Made by a program: the position numbers and the translations under genes. 37,217 nucleotides of DNA from positions 1 to 37,217 of the IMG/VR virus record IMGVR_UViG_3300022670_000095. One strand, given 5' to 3'. Of the stretch, positions 36,762-37,217 are shown piece by piece (the stretch's first letter is position 1; the number at the start of each line of letters is the position of its first letter). Under the pieces are notes generated by a model, which saw nothing but the letters and a program-made list of their open reading frames with translations, had not been told where the DNA came from and searched no databases. This DNA is from a virus (taxonomy: Duplodnaviria; Caudoviricetes).

Positions 36762-36953
36762 TTACCCTCTTACTCGATTGATTAGCAGTCGCCAGAATTT
36801 ATTATCTTCAGACTCTGCATTTATAATATCACGGCATTCCCTGCATAGGTATTTACCGCGCCTTAACCTGGTGTACTCAAATCCTGTAAAGATAGGATGA
36901 CCACGCCCGTTAAACCCTCTGCATTTCTTTGGTGATTTCGTTGATATGGTCAT
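36762..36953 (-). CDS. Small basic hypothetical protein
   Basis: AAGGA RBS; C...H...CREC. Confidence 0.6.
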   Translation of the reverse strand: MTISTKSPKKCRGFNGRGHPIFTGFEYTRLRRGKYLCRECRDIINAESEDNKFWRLLINRVRG

Positions 36954-36968
36954 CGTGTTATTCCTTAC

Positions 36969-37217
36969 TTAAAAAGGTATGTCGTCGTTAAAATCAATTG
37001 ACGGTTCTTGCGGGTTAACCTTTACAGCTTGTGCTTGTTGCTGTGCTGCAAACTGACCTTGAGGAGCTAATTGTTGCGGTGCCTGTTGTTGTGGCGGCGC
37101 TTGTTGCTGAACGAATCCACCTTGATTTTGTGCTTGTGGTGCTTGCCCATTCTCAACCCAGAATACCTTACCGTTGCCAAGAATATTACCTTTGACGCCC
37201 TGCTGCTTTTCTTCCTT
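36969..37217 (-). CDS. SSB-like protein, 3' part (Q/P-rich linker and DFNDDIPF tail)
   Basis: In frame with 1-306 across the repeat; stop at 36969-36971. Confidence 0.8.
   Translation of the reverse strand, partial: KEEKQQGVKGNILGNGKVFWVENGQAPQAQNQGGFVQQQAPPQQQAPQQLAPQGQFAAQQQAQAVKVNPQEPSIDFNDDIPF
37074..37217. repeat. Direct terminal repeat, right copy
   Basis: Identical to 1-144. Confidence 0.95.

Noticed and set aside
37074-37217. Biological terminal repeat or att site
   Set aside because: It falls mid-gene, and a P22-like terminase implies headful packaging, so an assembly overlap is more likely.

Overview
The window is an apparently complete ~37.07 kb circular or circularly permuted tailed-phage genome: bases 1-144 are repeated exactly at 37074-37217. 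Its virion module is P22-like (podovirus): TerS, TerL, portal, scaffold, coat, gp4- and gp10-like tail proteins, four ejection-type proteins and a tail appendage with CBM5/12-like repeats. It also has a Sak3-like/YqaJ exonuclease/SSB-like recombination module (the SSB spans the junction), a minimal initiator/loader pair, a nin-like region (NinB, NinG, HNH) and an M15 peptidase lysis region. I could not recognise an integrase, CI repressor, Q antiterminator, DNA polymerase, tRNA or CRISPR array. The AT-rich sequence, sigma70-like promoters and DDIPF SSB tail suggest a gammaproteobacterial host (inference). Most notable observations: (1) a candidate RNA regulatory circuit at 3.96-5.03 kb, with a C4-antisense-like three-way-junction RNA and a separate ~70-nt sRNA that share a 12-nt motif complementary to the RBS of the intervening genes; (2) a cupin-SET lysine-methyltransferase fusion in the P22 gp14 slot of the virion operon, plus unannotated Lys/Arg-rich micro-proteins that are candidate substrates; (3) a 26-aa membrane peptide in the sieA position; (4) an opposite-strand island of small genes splitting portal from scaffold. 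All family calls come from motif recognition by eye and were not confirmed by database search.
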